A stretch of 64,000 nucleotides of DNA from Candidatus Abzuiibacterium crystallinum (GTDB lineage: Bacteria; Omnitrophota; Omnitrophia; Omnitrophales; Abzuiibacteriaceae), in assembly GCA_002787155.1 (NCBI GenBank), contig PCVY01000028.1, positions 9,478 to 73,477 of the forward strand, written 5' to 3'. Under the pieces are notes generated by a model, which did not search any database, was not told the DNA's origin, and was given only the letters and a program-made list of their open reading frames with translations. Both the position numbers and the translations under genes were made by a program. Below, piece by piece: positions 1-10,609 of the stretch (the stretch's first letter is position 1; every line of letters starts with the position of its first letter).

Positions 1-763
1 TCTGCCGCATTTGATTCCACTCATTCAACTTTTTAAGTTTGACACGCAAAAAGGCAGCTTGCAAGCTATCCAGCCTTGAATTAGTCCCTTTGATTTGATG
101 AATATTTTTTTCCTTTTGTCCGTAATTGCGTAATAACTTTAAGCGCTCTGCTATCTCCCGATCGTTTGTAGTCACGGCGCCGCCGTCACCTAAGGCCCCC
201 AAATTCTTGGATGGATAAAAACTAAAACAAGTGGCATCCGTAATGCTCCCAACTCGTTTCTGAAAATATTTAGCACCGTGCGCCTGCGCCGCATCTTCGA
301 TGATGCGCAACTTTTTCTGCTTAGCAATATCTAAAATTGGATTCAGATCCGCAGGCTGCCCATAGAGATCAACCGGTAAAATAGCTTTGGTTTGAGGTGT
401 CAAAGCCGCTTCAATCTTGGCGGGATCCATGTGATAGGTTTTGGGATCAATGTCAACAAAAACAGGTTTAGCGCCCGTCTGTGTGATGGCCAAAGCCGTG
501 GCGATAAATGTGTGAGAAACCGTGATCACTTCATCGCCCGGACCAATCTCACATGCGCGGAGCGCTAAATAAAGGGCATCTGTTCCCGAAGCGACGCTAA
601 CTGCATGCTGGCTGCCACAATAATCGGCAAATTCCCGCTCAAAAGCTTCGGTTTCGATGCCTAAAATATACGCATTTGATTCAAAAATGGTTTGGTAGGC
701 GGCTCCCAGCTCTTTTTTAAGCTCATCATGCGCGGGTTTGAGATCAAAAAAAGGAATTTTCAA
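1..763 (-). CDS. DegT/DnrJ/EryC1/StrS PLP-dependent sugar aminotransferase (runs off the left edge)
   Basis: Not in the ORF track. Manual translation from TTG at 763 gives [12 protein letters not shown]...[10 protein letters not shown]...[10 protein letters not shown]...[16 protein letters not shown], with the canonical Schiff-base Lys. Confidence 0.92.
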   Translation of the reverse strand, partial: MKIPFFDLKPAHDELKKELGAAYQTIFESNAYILGIETEAFEREFADYCGSQHAVSVASGTDALYLALRACEIGPGDEVITVSHTFIATALAITQTGAKPVFVDIDPKTYHMDPAKIEAALTPQTKAILPVDLYGQPADLNPILDIAKQKKLRIIEDAAQAHGAKYFQKRVGSITDATCFSFYPSKNLGALGDGGAVTTNDREIAERLKLLRNYGQKEKNIHQIKGTNSRLDSLQAAFLRVKLKKLNEWNQMRQ

Positions 764-773
764 GTGAATGCTC

Positions 774-1253
774 TTATTTTTTCGCTTTTCGCGTATCGCC
801 AATTTGTTTAGCAGGATTTCCAACGACAACAGCATAAGGAAGTACGTTTTTGGTTACCACCGCACCCGCACCGATTAATGCGCCTTCGCCGATGGTGATA
901 CCTCCTAAAATAGAAACATTACTTCCGATCGTGACATTTTTTTTGACACATGTTTTTAACAATTTCCAATCTTTTTCTGTTTGTAAAGTTCCATCCGGGT
1001 TTGTCGCTTTCGGGTAGTGGTCATTGATAAACATGACGCCATGTCCCACAAAAACACCTTCTTCAATGGTGACACCTTCGCAGATAAATGTATGGCTTTG
1101 AATCTTACATTTAGCACCGATATGACTGTTTTTCTGAATTTCAACAAAAGTACCAATGCGTGTTTCATCACCGATCACGCACCCATATAAATTGACAAGC
1201 TCCGGGTGGTGAATCACCACTTGTTTTCCCAATTGAACATCATCAGCAATCAT
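774..1253 (-). CDS. Hexapeptide-repeat N-acyltransferase (WbpD/WlbB-like)
   Basis: Left-handed beta-helix repeats ([31 protein letters not shown]) and C-terminal VVGNPAK. Confidence 0.88.
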   Translation of the reverse strand: MIADDVQLGKQVVIHHPELVNLYGCVIGDETRIGTFVEIQKNSHIGAKCKIQSHTFICEGVTIEEGVFVGHGVMFINDHYPKATNPDGTLQTEKDWKLLKTCVKKNVTIGSNVSILGGITIGEGALIGAGAVVTKNVLPYAVVVGNPAKQIGDTRKAKK

Positions 1254-1262
1254 GACTCATCC

Positions 1263-1997
1263 CTATTTGCGAATCCTGAAGAAAAGCAAGAACATAGGCT
1301 TTAGTATACTCCACCAACTCACAATCGGCACCATTTTTGAATAACCCAGTTCCTTGGCAGGATAAATCTTCGAAACTCCCACTTCTTGAACACGGTATTT
1401 TAACCGTATCGCATAATAAAAAAGGTAAACTTCCAGTTCGTACCGGTCTAGCCATGCTTGATGAAAGTCCATGCGTGCCTCTTTTAAGAAATCTGCTCGA
1501 AAAGCACGGAAGCCGTTGGTGCTGTCTGTGATACGCTGACCTGACACGAATGAAAATAAAATCGGATGAACAAAACGTGTCGTGAGCAAACGATAAAGCG
1601 GCATATCGCCATATGTCCCGCTTTTTAAGTACCGAGATCCTTGGACAAAATCCGCCTGCCCGTCCACAATGGGCGCCAAAAGACGGGAAATTTCTTCCGG
1701 ATTATCCTTATTGTTCCCTGCCATTGTGACAACCGCATCATAGTTTTTTTCGATGGCATAATCATAAGCACGTTTCAGCGAAAAACCCACACCAGAACGA
1801 TTTTCATTTCGAATAAGCAAAAATTGATATTGTTGGGCTAATTTGGCAGGCTGTTCGTCCGTTGATGCATCATCCACCAATACAGCATCATATTGAACAT
1901 TTGAGGTTTGCTGTACTAAAAAAGAATGCACGCGCTCCGCTACTTTTGTTAGCTTGATACCTTCATTAAATGCAGGGATCACGATCAGGGCCTTCAT
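1263..1997 (-). CDS. GT2 glycosyltransferase, polyprenol-phosphate sugar synthase (DPM/ArnC-like)
   Basis: IPAFNE, VDDASTD, DFVQGSRY and TDSTNGFRA motifs. Confidence 0.85.
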   Translation of the reverse strand: MKALIVIPAFNEGIKLTKVAERVHSFLVQQTSNVQYDAVLVDDASTDEQPAKLAQQYQFLLIRNENRSGVGFSLKRAYDYAIEKNYDAVVTMAGNNKDNPEEISRLLAPIVDGQADFVQGSRYLKSGTYGDMPLYRLLTTRFVHPILFSFVSGQRITDSTNGFRAFRADFLKEARMDFHQAWLDRYELEVYLFYYAIRLKYRVQEVGVSKIYPAKELGYSKMVPIVSWWSILKPMFLLFFRIRK

Positions 1998-3004
1998 TGC
2001 AAACGAACGGGCACTCCACGTTTGGCAAGTGATTTTTGAACTGCTTTTAAAATTCGGACGACAGACAAACCGGATCGGCCGTCTGATAAGGGGCTTTTTC
2101 GTTTTCGAACGGCAGCGATAAATGCGTTAGCTTGTGCTTTAAGCGGCTCAGACAAATTAACCTTGGGAATCGTGATCGTTCCTTCTTTGGCAAGTAATTG
2201 AAATTCACCAAAAGTTTCGTAATAATATTTTTGAACCACTTGCCGGTCATAAATTTTAACAGGCCCTGTTTGATCTAAATCATCCCACATGAGCATATGT
2301 TTATCACCAACGACTGTGATTTGCCGAACCTTCCGGGGATCAAGCCAGCTAACATGAATGCTGACCAGAATATTTTTTGGATAAACCAATGAAATAAAAG
2401 CAACATCTTCAATTTTTTTCTGTAAGTAAATACCGCCGCGCGCTGACACCTCGATTGGTTCTGCGTTGAGTAGATAATTAAAAATTGAAACGTCATGGGC
2501 AGCCAAATCCCAAACAGCATTGACGTCCTGACGAAACGGCCCTAAGTTGGTTCGTTCTGAATGTAAGTAGTAAATACGGCCAAAACTTTTCTTTTGGATT
2601 AGCTCTTTCAGCTTTTGAATGCCTGCATTATAAAGAAATACATGCCCCACCATGAGGATGCGCTTCTTTTTTTGTGCTAATCGAATTAACTCTTTTGCCT
2701 GCCGCTCGTCCAAGCACAAGGGTTTCTCGCACAAAACATCTTTATTGGCCATCAAAGCGGCCTTCACCAAATTAAAATGGGTTGCCGTTGGTGTGGCTAC
2801 TACAACCGCCTGAATCCTGGGGTGGTTCAAAATTTCCTGGAAACGATTGGTGGGATGAATGGTTCTAAACTGCTGTTTCATGGCTTTGAGGCGGTCCCGG
2901 TTCAGATCGGCACACATAAGGACGCGAACCTCTTCCATGCTTGAGAAATTTCGGATGTGGTTAGGCCCCCACTGCCCACAACCAATCACGCCAATATTAA
3001 TCAT
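1994..3004 (-). CDS. Gfo/Idh/MocA oxidoreductase (WbpB/WlbA/GnnA-like sugar 3-dehydrogenase)
   Basis: GVIGCGQWG, CEKP and DLAAHD motifs. Start moved to ATG 3004, which has an AAGGAG RBS. Confidence 0.88.
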   Translation of the reverse strand: MINIGVIGCGQWGPNHIRNFSSMEEVRVLMCADLNRDRLKAMKQQFRTIHPTNRFQEILNHPRIQAVVVATPTATHFNLVKAALMANKDVLCEKPLCLDERQAKELIRLAQKKKRILMVGHVFLYNAGIQKLKELIQKKSFGRIYYLHSERTNLGPFRQDVNAVWDLAAHDVSIFNYLLNAEPIEVSARGGIYLQKKIEDVAFISLVYPKNILVSIHVSWLDPRKVRQITVVGDKHMLMWDDLDQTGPVKIYDRQVVQKYYYETFGEFQLLAKEGTITIPKVNLSEPLKAQANAFIAAVRKRKSPLSDGRSGLSVVRILKAVQKSLAKRGVPVRLQ

Positions 3005-3025
3005 AACTCTCCTTGTCTCAAGCAC

Positions 3026-4750
3026 TTATCGGCTTTTTAACAATCGCTCTTGAATGGCTCTGGCCCATGGCGGCACCGGATTCTTGACCACCGCACACAA
3101 AGTCACGCCATCTGCTTTAATTTCGTGAATGGTGCCCTCTGGCGGCCATTTGTCACTCAACAACTCGTCATGACTCAAATTTCTTGTAAGTCCAATACCG
3201 TAATCCCAACCCCGCGTTCCATGAATTGACGGGACCAAGGGATTGTATTGATCGCCAAGCATGGTCTTTAAGTAATAAGCTGTTTGCAAAGTACTTCCGT
3301 CGCTTGAAACCACTACCGGATCATACATGCCTTCTTCTTTCAAATGCTCCCCCAGCCATTCGGCTGCCAGTTTTAAACTGTTCCCCCAATAATCAGTATC
3401 ATAATTACCAAAAGCACCTTTTAACCCACCCACAGTTTCATTGAAGTAGACATACGCGTGCGGATGATTACGCACCATCCAAGCGGCAGGTCTTACCAAC
3501 AAAACGACCAGTAAAACGCAGGCCATTGCTTTTAACCAGGTTTTTTGAAGCAGCCGCCATAGATGCTCCCAGCCCAGAACGGCAAGAACAACAAAAGGCG
3601 GATAAACAAATATAAAATGACGCCATCCATCATAAAGTGGCGGCTTCTTAAAGATAGCATAGCCAATCGGAAAGAAGGCTGCAAGTAAAAGAACCTTCAG
3701 AGCGCTGTCCCGATCAATTGGTTTGGCCCTCCATCGGGCAAAGACAAAAAAAGCCCAACCCAATAAAATAAATAGAGGCGACGTAATGAAAATCCATTTT
3801 GGGATGTAATACCAAGGCAAATGAGTTGACAAATATTTTTCACCTTCAAAAAGAACGCCTAAAACCAGCGCGTTGTAATTGGACATTTCGTGGAATGCAA
3901 TCCAAGGATTCTTCAAAGGCGCTTCAAGCCCGAAAGGCCAAAAAATCAAACCGCCAAAATATCCCAGCAAACTCACGATCAATACGGAGGTAAGAGACAC
4001 GCTCATTACTTTTGTATTCAAGCGATGGTTAAAATACTGCGTGACCCAAAAACAAAAAAGGAAGAAGAAAAGATAAGCCAGTAATAAAATACCGCCGATT
4101 CGAACAGCAATAGAAAGCGCCACACCTAAAGCCAGCAAAAGGATGCGCCGCCATTTTGGTTTGGGTAATTCATTTAGAAACGGAATCATCCAATAAAGCG
4201 CAAGGGTATAGGTGAGTGCAAACGGGATATCTTTGGGATTATTCATACTATGACCGAGTAGACGCGGTGACAAAAACGCAAACCAAAGACCTAAGGATGC
4301 TGCCCGCCATCCAGCCATCCGCTGACACAACAGCCCTATAATCAGAATGATGAGAAATCCGACACAAGCGTTAATAAAATGTCTGGTTTCGTAAAAATCA
4401 CCCCATTGAAGATCCTGAAAAGCCGCCCGATGGATAGACCCCGTTTTCAACCCATAAATCAATGTTGTTATGGTGTCAAATAAGTGACCATACAAATTCA
4501 GGGTTAGATCACCGCCAATGTCAGCACCTGAAGTCAGCGCTGCTTTATCTTGACCGCCGGTTAAAAAATAACGAACGATTAACTTGCCGTAGTGGGCGTG
4601 AACCCACTCATCCCATGTCATGCCATAATCGGAGCTGATCATGGTCATAATAACCAGCATCAAGGCTGCAGAGACCCAGAAAAATCTCTTTAGAAATAAT
4701 TCGCTGATGCTGAAATGAGTTGGATCTAGCAGGAAACTGTTTGTTTTCAT
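3026..4750 (-). CDS. Multi-TM GT-C fold glycosyltransferase (PMT/ArnT-like)
   Basis: TWDE motif after TM1, NNPKDIP, many TM helices and a soluble C-terminal domain (DTDYWG). Confidence 0.75.
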   Translation of the reverse strand: MKTNSFLLDPTHFSISELFLKRFFWVSAALMLVIMTMISSDYGMTWDEWVHAHYGKLIVRYFLTGGQDKAALTSGADIGGDLTLNLYGHLFDTITTLIYGLKTGSIHRAAFQDLQWGDFYETRHFINACVGFLIILIIGLLCQRMAGWRAASLGLWFAFLSPRLLGHSMNNPKDIPFALTYTLALYWMIPFLNELPKPKWRRILLLALGVALSIAVRIGGILLLAYLFFFLFCFWVTQYFNHRLNTKVMSVSLTSVLIVSLLGYFGGLIFWPFGLEAPLKNPWIAFHEMSNYNALVLGVLFEGEKYLSTHLPWYYIPKWIFITSPLFILLGWAFFVFARWRAKPIDRDSALKVLLLAAFFPIGYAIFKKPPLYDGWRHFIFVYPPFVVLAVLGWEHLWRLLQKTWLKAMACVLLVVLLVRPAAWMVRNHPHAYVYFNETVGGLKGAFGNYDTDYWGNSLKLAAEWLGEHLKEEGMYDPVVVSSDGSTLQTAYYLKTMLGDQYNPLVPSIHGTRGWDYGIGLTRNLSHDELLSDKWPPEGTIHEIKADGVTLCAVVKNPVPPWARAIQERLLKSR

Positions 4751-5454
4751 CGGCGTTTAACCGTGTACCTCATGAGATCAAAAAAAGTCATATAAATGTT
4801 ACGCCATTTAGCGCCGGATGCTCTGCCCTGCGTTCGCGGGAGAAAATCAATACTTTCGCAGTCAATCCGAAATCCTCTTTTCTTTGCCTCAACAATTCTC
4901 TCAATCTCTCCAAAAAAACTTTGCGACATAAGCGGCGCTGTAAAAATTTCTTTCCGGCCTAATTTAATGCCGTTGGCATCCTTGGTATCAATCCCAAACA
5001 AGCATTTTGGAATGAGATTAAAACCAAACGACAAAAACTGCCGCCAGGGTGTGTAGATTTTTTTCCTATTTTCACGCACCCCAATCACCAAATCTAAACG
5101 ATCTTTCTGCATTCGATGAAACAATTTAACCAAATTACCGGCCGGCCACTGATCATCAGCTGCCGTTTGGAAGATGTGCGTTCCCTTCGCTTCGTGAAAT
5201 AGGTCTCTAAATGAACGGTAGATCCCCTGATTGGTTGTGTGGCGCATGACGCGGATTTCTTTTGTTTGATCCGCCAGTTTCGTTAAAATGGTGCAGGTAT
5301 TATCATGGCTTGCGTCATCCAAGCAAAGAACCTCAAACCCATCTAGTTCTGGTTGAAGCGCCTCAAGAACTGTCAGATGGTCCTCGACCACCTTTTGAAT
5401 GGTGCCGGCCTCATTATAAGCGGGAATGGTAACGGATAGATACGGTTTAGGCAT
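4747..5454 (-). CDS. GT2 glycosyltransferase (DPM synthase-like)
   Basis: IPAYNE, LDDASHD, ADDQ and DLVIGVR motifs. Confidence 0.85.
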   Translation of the reverse strand: MPKPYLSVTIPAYNEAGTIQKVVEDHLTVLEALQPELDGFEVLCLDDASHDNTCTILTKLADQTKEIRVMRHTTNQGIYRSFRDLFHEAKGTHIFQTAADDQWPAGNLVKLFHRMQKDRLDLVIGVRENRKKIYTPWRQFLSFGFNLIPKCLFGIDTKDANGIKLGRKEIFTAPLMSQSFFGEIERIVEAKKRGFRIDCESIDFLPRTQGRASGAKWRNIYMTFFDLMRYTVKRR

Positions 5455-5673
5455 GCTTTGACATCACTTTGAATGGTTGCTGTAAAAGTGTTCGGCTAAA
5501 TGATTCATGTATATATATTTCGGCCATTTTGATCCCTGTTTAAACATACCATATAACTAGTGGTGTTAGACAATGGTTAAAGTAACCGTGTCACGCGTCA
5601 TTGATGGGCTGTTTTTAAGTAGAGCTAACCATATCAATTGTCTAACGGTACTAGTCGATATTTCATTAATAGA

Positions 5674-7200
5674 ATGCAAACTGACCGTTTTCGATGGCTT
5701 GATCCTATTGTTCTGTTCTCCTGTTTAGCACTTTTGCTGGGCTATACCGGTGTTCGCGCTTATTTATTATCGATGACGCACGATGAAGCGCTCACCTACA
5801 CTTATTTTGCACTTCTACCCAAAACTTATACGGAAATCATCACCTACCATATTCCAACCACCAACAATCATTTACTAAACTCCTTGTTGATCAAATTCTT
5901 TACGTCTCATTGGGGCGACTCGGAATTCATCATCCGTTTACCTGCCCTGACCGGTCATCTGTTGTTTTTGTTGGGAACTTTATTTTGTTTGCGCCTGTTT
6001 TTCAAAGGACCTTGGTTGTGGGGAAGTTTCTTACTGGTCAATGCGCATCCGTTTCTTTTGGATTATTTTTCATGTGCTCGCGGCTATGCCCTCGCTTTAG
6101 GATTTAGCGCCCTTGCATTTTTCATGATTTTGATGATGATCAAGCATGGCCGGCTGACACAAAGCCCGTTCCAACTTGTCATTGCCATGCTAATGATGGT
6201 ATTAGCAGTTCTGTCAAATTTAGCTTTTTTAAACCTAATGATGCCCATGATGGCATTGATCATGTTTTTTGGTATCTTTTCACTCATTCGCCAAAAAGTT
6301 TCTTTTATGAAGCGCGCACAGTCAATCATAGCGAACCTGGGCCTGCCCATGGCCATCCCCGGTTATGGGTTATATTTCATCTATGCCGAACCCATACGCA
6401 AACTAAAAGCTGCGGACGAATTTTATCATGGCGGCAGTCAAAGCTTTTGGCATGACACCATCGGAAGCTTGCTGACGGTATCCTTGCATGAACAATCATA
6501 CGGTATTCTGGGGAACATTTCTTTTCTTTCAATCCTGGCTGCCGGCTTACTTGTTTTAGCAGGCATTTTACTTCTCTTCTATTTCAAAAAACATCGGACG
6601 TTATCATTTACCGGTAAGTCGCTTGGCTTTTTTTTGCTCCTTTTACTCACTTGTACTGCTGGCAGCATCGCTGAACATATTTTGATAGGGACTGTTTATC
6701 CGTTTGACCGGGCTGCGATTTTCTTCATTCCTATTTTCACTTTTACTTTCCTGTTGACGGCCCGGCTGGCTCTTGACCTCTCAAATCAAGCCATGCAGCG
6801 AATCGTGATCGTAGTGTACGGCTGTCTAATCATCATTGGATTGTGCCATTTTGCGCGTTGCGCTAACTTGACACATTTTTTGTTAAACAAACCAGACGCC
6901 AACACAAAAGATGTCATGCAATATTTACGCGAAATACATCGTGTCGAGAACTTAGCGCCTCGTTCGGTGAGCCTGGGTGTCCATTGGTGGTTTGAACCAG
7001 CTGTGAATTATTACATCATTAGAGAAAAGCTTTACTGGCTTCAATTTGTCAATCGCCGCGGACTAGGCGGAAAATTTGATTATTACTACTTTCGAGAACC
7101 AGATAAGGAAATTATTCCAACGTACAATCTGGAAGTCATCCAGCATTACCCGCTGCCGGATACTTATCTCGCAGAACCTAAGGGTTCGCACACAGGTTAG
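5674..7200 (+). CDS. Multi-TM membrane protein, probable GT-C glycosyltransferase
   Basis: THDEA motif after TM1, NNH, IRLP and ARGY motifs, many TM segments. Start uncertain (TTG 5638 or ATG 5674). Confidence 0.65.
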   Translation: MQTDRFRWLDPIVLFSCLALLLGYTGVRAYLLSMTHDEALTYTYFALLPKTYTEIITYHIPTTNNHLLNSLLIKFFTSHWGDSEFIIRLPALTGHLLFLLGTLFCLRLFFKGPWLWGSFLLVNAHPFLLDYFSCARGYALALGFSALAFFMILMMIKHGRLTQSPFQLVIAMLMMVLAVLSNLAFLNLMMPMMALIMFFGIFSLIRQKVSFMKRAQSIIANLGLPMAIPGYGLYFIYAEPIRKLKAADEFYHGGSQSFWHDTIGSLLTVSLHEQSYGILGNISFLSILAAGLLVLAGILLLFYFKKHRTLSFTGKSLGFFLLLLLTCTAGSIAEHILIGTVYPFDRAAIFFIPIFTFTFLLTARLALDLSNQAMQRIVIVVYGCLIIIGLCHFARCANLTHFLLNKPDANTKDVMQYLREIHRVENLAPRSVSLGVHWWFEPAVNYYIIREKLYWLQFVNRRGLGGKFDYYYFREPDKEIIPTYNLEVIQHYPLPDTYLAEPKGSHTG

Positions 7201-8147
7201 GCATTCCGACTAATACAAACTTCCTGTTTGGTATACGCTTCGATTAATTCACGAATTCCGTCATCAAGCCTGTGAGTGGGTTTGAATCCTGTTTTCTCAA
7301 TCTTTTCATTAGAAACAATGTAGTCACGCTGATCAGGATCCTTACCCGTTGCGGATTCTGTAAATTTGAAAGACGGTAAGTGATTTTGGATTGCTTGGCA
7401 CAGTTCAAGCTTAGACAAGTTAGCCTCTGACAATCCTACGTTGTAAACTTGGCCGCATAACTTTGAAAAATGATTAATGCCGTGCAGAAAAGCCCTGGCG
7501 ACATCCTTCACGTGAATATAATTACGTTTAAAATGCCCTTCAAAGATTTCCAAAGAGCCGTCTTTCCAAGCCCGATAGGTGAAATCATTCACCAATAAAT
7601 CAATCCGCATGCGGGGCGAAACACCAAAAACAGTCGCCAATCGAAAACTAATCGAATTCTGCCGTCGTAATACAATTTTTTCTGCTTCAACTTTTGTGCG
7701 CGCATAAAGCGACAAGGGGTTCATGGGCGATTCTTCGGTGCACATCTTTCCTTTCTCCCCGATGCCATAGCCGCTGTTGGTAGTAGGAATCAAGATCTTC
7801 TGCCGTTCACTCAACACGCCGCACATTTTCCGTATAGCTTCTTGATTAATCTGAACCGCTTCCTCAGGTCGTTGATCGCACAAAGGCGCACCTACCAAAG
7901 CAGCAAGCGGAATGATGACATCTGCTTTCTCAAAATAGGGAACTAATTGATCAATCTCTCTTACATCACCTTCGATAAACTGGTATCGATCTGATGCCTG
8001 GATAGCGGCAAGGCTTTTTTGTTTATACATCAAATTATCAATTACTGTTACTTGAAAATTATTTCTTAAAAGTTCTGGCACCAAAATCGAACCTATGTAA
8101 CCTGCCCCGCCTGTTACCACCACATGTTGATTCAAGGCTGCCTCCAC
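7197..8147 (-). CDS. NAD-dependent epimerase/dehydratase (extended SDR)
   Basis: TGGAGYIG and YARTK motifs. Confidence 0.88.
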   Translation of the reverse strand: MEAALNQHVVVTGGAGYIGSILVPELLRNNFQVTVIDNLMYKQKSLAAIQASDRYQFIEGDVREIDQLVPYFEKADVIIPLAALVGAPLCDQRPEEAVQINQEAIRKMCGVLSERQKILIPTTNSGYGIGEKGKMCTEESPMNPLSLYARTKVEAEKIVLRRQNSISFRLATVFGVSPRMRIDLLVNDFTYRAWKDGSLEIFEGHFKRNYIHVKDVARAFLHGINHFSKLCGQVYNVGLSEANLSKLELCQAIQNHLPSFKFTESATGKDPDQRDYIVSNEKIEKTGFKPTHRLDDGIRELIEAYTKQEVCISRNA

Positions 8148-8153
8148 TTGTGC

Positions 8154-8849
8154 CTAAAAAATTTGTTGTGCTTTTTCATAGTCTTTCGGAATACCAATGT
8201 CAATAAATCGGCCTTTTGCTTCAAAACCGAATACTGCTTGATGATTTTGAACCCAGCCAGGGAGCAATACCTGTTCCAAGGACAGTTTTGCGCTTGGCTT
8301 TTTTGCTAACGATGTGAGAAATGACTGATTGAACAAATAGACGCCGCCGTTGATAAAACCTTTCTGAGACGTTTGAGGGCTTAAGAATTGTATTACCCGC
8401 CCCTCTGCATCCGTACACACATGCCCATAACGATCATTATTTTCAACCGTATGCAGGCAAATAGTTAACGCAGACTGTTTTGATCGATGAAACGTTTCTA
8501 ACGATTTCCGCTCAATTTCAAAGAAAGTATCTCCATTCAGAACGAGCACTTGGGCTGATACTTGGTTTGATTTTAAAGCCAATAACAACCCGCCGCCGGT
8601 TCCCAGAAAATCTGGCTCCACGGAATAAACAATATCAACATTGCGATATTGATTCCCAAAATGATTCTGAATCATTTTAGCCTTATAGCCAATGGCCAAA
8701 ATAAATCGCTCAATCCCCTGCTCAATCCAATAATCCATTAAAAATTCGAGGAAAGGGCGGTTATGGATCGGTGCCATGGGTTTTGGGAGATCGGGCACTC
8801 GCGACTTTAATCTTTCTCCAGCCCCACCCGCTAAAATAATGGCATCCAC
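8154..8849 (-). CDS. hddC: Sugar-1-phosphate nucleotidyltransferase, HddC-like (heptose-1-P guanylyltransferase)
   Basis: LAGGAGERL, PKPMAP, LGTGG, NGDT and FIDIGIPKDY motifs; same operon as an HddA-like kinase. Confidence 0.78.
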   Translation of the reverse strand: MDAIILAGGAGERLKSRVPDLPKPMAPIHNRPFLEFLMDYWIEQGIERFILAIGYKAKMIQNHFGNQYRNVDIVYSVEPDFLGTGGGLLLALKSNQVSAQVLVLNGDTFFEIERKSLETFHRSKQSALTICLHTVENNDRYGHVCTDAEGRVIQFLSPQTSQKGFINGGVYLFNQSFLTSLAKKPSAKLSLEQVLLPGWVQNHQAVFGFEAKGRFIDIGIPKDYEKAQQIF

Positions 8850-8858
8850 TGTAGCAGC

Positions 8859-9848
8859 TTATTTCTTCCCGAGCATACGCAGCGTAGCCGGGACATTTTG
8901 GCGATACCAAGCAATCGTTTTCTGAATACCGGCATCCAAATCGATGGTCGGCCGCCAGCCAAAGATTTGCTTTGCTTTTTGAATATTGACCGCTAATTTA
9001 TAGTTAATCGAAGGTTTGGATGTGTCATATTGAATCTTCATGGTACGTCCGGAATGACGAATAATTTTCTCCACCAATGTCTTTACCGCAATCGACTTTC
9101 CCATGCCCACATTAACAAGTTCATAGCGTGTTTGTTGTTTTTGGAGCGCCAGGCCGACAAAGTTCACTAAATCGTCCACATGAAGCAAATCACGTTCATC
9201 GGAACCATCACCCCAAACAGTTAAAAGATCGCTCGGGTTGGTTAAAACCTTGGTCATGGTCGCACCAAACACATGCGAACGCTCAAGATCATATTTATCA
9301 TGAGGGCCATAAATATTGGAATGCCTGACAACGGTAAATTTGGTGTCGCTGATTCGAGAAAAAAACTCGCACATTTTTTCAATATAGACCTTCGTCCATC
9401 CCACGCCAAAATACTTATCCTTGATTTGATAGTTAAAATCGTCCTCACGCACTGGCCGGACACCTTCGGGGTACATCGTTGTGCAACTAAAAAAGACAAG
9501 ATGTTTGATTTTTTGCTCAAACCCTTCTCGCAAGATCAAAGAATTCATAACCGCATTGTCCGTCACGTGAATGAAAGGTCTGGTCACAATGTCTTTTGCA
9601 CCGGAGGTAGTGGCAGCGGCTTGAATCACAATAGCCGATCCTTTGATCGCGCGCGAAACATGGGAGTGGTTGGTTAAATCTGCCTTCAGTAATTTGAGGC
9701 GTTTGTTTTGACGTAAGGCTAAGGAAGGCTTTGTCTTCCAAAAAGTACCGGCAATAGGCCCTTTCCAACGTTCAGAAAAATAATCGACCAAATTCCGGCC
9801 GATGAAACCAGTGACACCGCATATTAATAATTGTTGTTTTTGACTCAT
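8859..9848 (-). CDS. GDP-fucose-synthase-like extended SDR with atypical active site
   Basis: GVTGFIG, SNIYGPHD and VWGDG..RD motifs; VGWTK sits where YxxxK is expected. Confidence 0.8.
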   Translation of the reverse strand: MSQKQQLLICGVTGFIGRNLVDYFSERWKGPIAGTFWKTKPSLALRQNKRLKLLKADLTNHSHVSRAIKGSAIVIQAAATTSGAKDIVTRPFIHVTDNAVMNSLILREGFEQKIKHLVFFSCTTMYPEGVRPVREDDFNYQIKDKYFGVGWTKVYIEKMCEFFSRISDTKFTVVRHSNIYGPHDKYDLERSHVFGATMTKVLTNPSDLLTVWGDGSDERDLLHVDDLVNFVGLALQKQQTRYELVNVGMGKSIAVKTLVEKIIRHSGRTMKIQYDTSKPSINYKLAVNIQKAKQIFGWRPTIDLDAGIQKTIAWYRQNVPATLRMLGKK

Positions 9849-10522
9849 TTCCTAAAAAACTCCGTCATGATAATACCTATAATGCCAAGCCCATTTTTAA
9901 GTGGGCTCATTTTTCTAATACCCCCGATTCGTTTAGGTTCATCACCTGGAATATCAGCCACTTTTAGCTTACGTTTGGCACACTGGATTGCTAATTGAGG
10001 CTCGATCCCCCCAACGCTGGCGCTAATATGACCTTCTTCTACTACGGATCGTTTCCACGCCCGAAACATAACCAAAGTGTCAGTATAATGCCCGCCGAAT
10101 AGAACGTTGATAAGGGTGGTAAACATCCAATTTCCAAAACTGGTGACAGGATCATCGTCTTCGCTTTTAGCCCCCTGACAATAGCGTGACACGATTACCA
10201 TATCGTAACCTTCTTTCATTTTAGCGACCAACACCGGAATTTTCTCTGGCAAAGAATTTCCATCCGGACTAAACGGGATCATCACGTCGCCTTTGGCCGC
10301 TGCCATGGCTTCGAAATAAGATTGGATCAAACCCTTCGATTTCTGCTTGATAAGAATACAGTCATTCTGCTTGGCATAAGCCTCTAGATATTCATAAGTC
10401 CCGTCAGAAGAATGACCATCAACAAAAATGATTTCATCAACCCATTCCCGTTTAATCTGCGGTAAAATTGCCCGGCACCCTGCCAGTTCATTGACGGTTG
10501 GTATAATTAAAGTAAATTTCAC
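9845..10522 (-). CDS. GT2 glycosyltransferase (DPM synthase-like)
   Basis: IPTVNE, VDGHSSDGT and DMVIVSRY motifs. Confidence 0.85.
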   Translation of the reverse strand: MKFTLIIPTVNELAGCRAILPQIKREWVDEIIFVDGHSSDGTYEYLEAYAKQNDCILIKQKSKGLIQSYFEAMAAAKGDVMIPFSPDGNSLPEKIPVLVAKMKEGYDMVIVSRYCQGAKSEDDDPVTSFGNWMFTTLINVLFGGHYTDTLVMFRAWKRSVVEEGHISASVGGIEPQLAIQCAKRKLKVADIPGDEPKRIGGIRKMSPLKNGLGIIGIIMTEFFRK

Positions 10523-10609
10523 AAGCCTCCCTCTAAAAGGTGTAAAAATTAATTGACAAACGAAACTCTGTGACGGCCATACTTGATCATGGCTGGTATA
10601 GAGTGAAGG

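Noticed and set aside
7197-7200. 4-bp overlaps of convergent stop codons (also 26192-26195)
   Set aside because: Common in compact genomes; nothing suggests a special function.
10575-10595. Small GCCAT/ATGGC hairpin between the PhyH and GT2 genes
   Set aside because: The stem is short and has no U tract; too weak to call a terminator.
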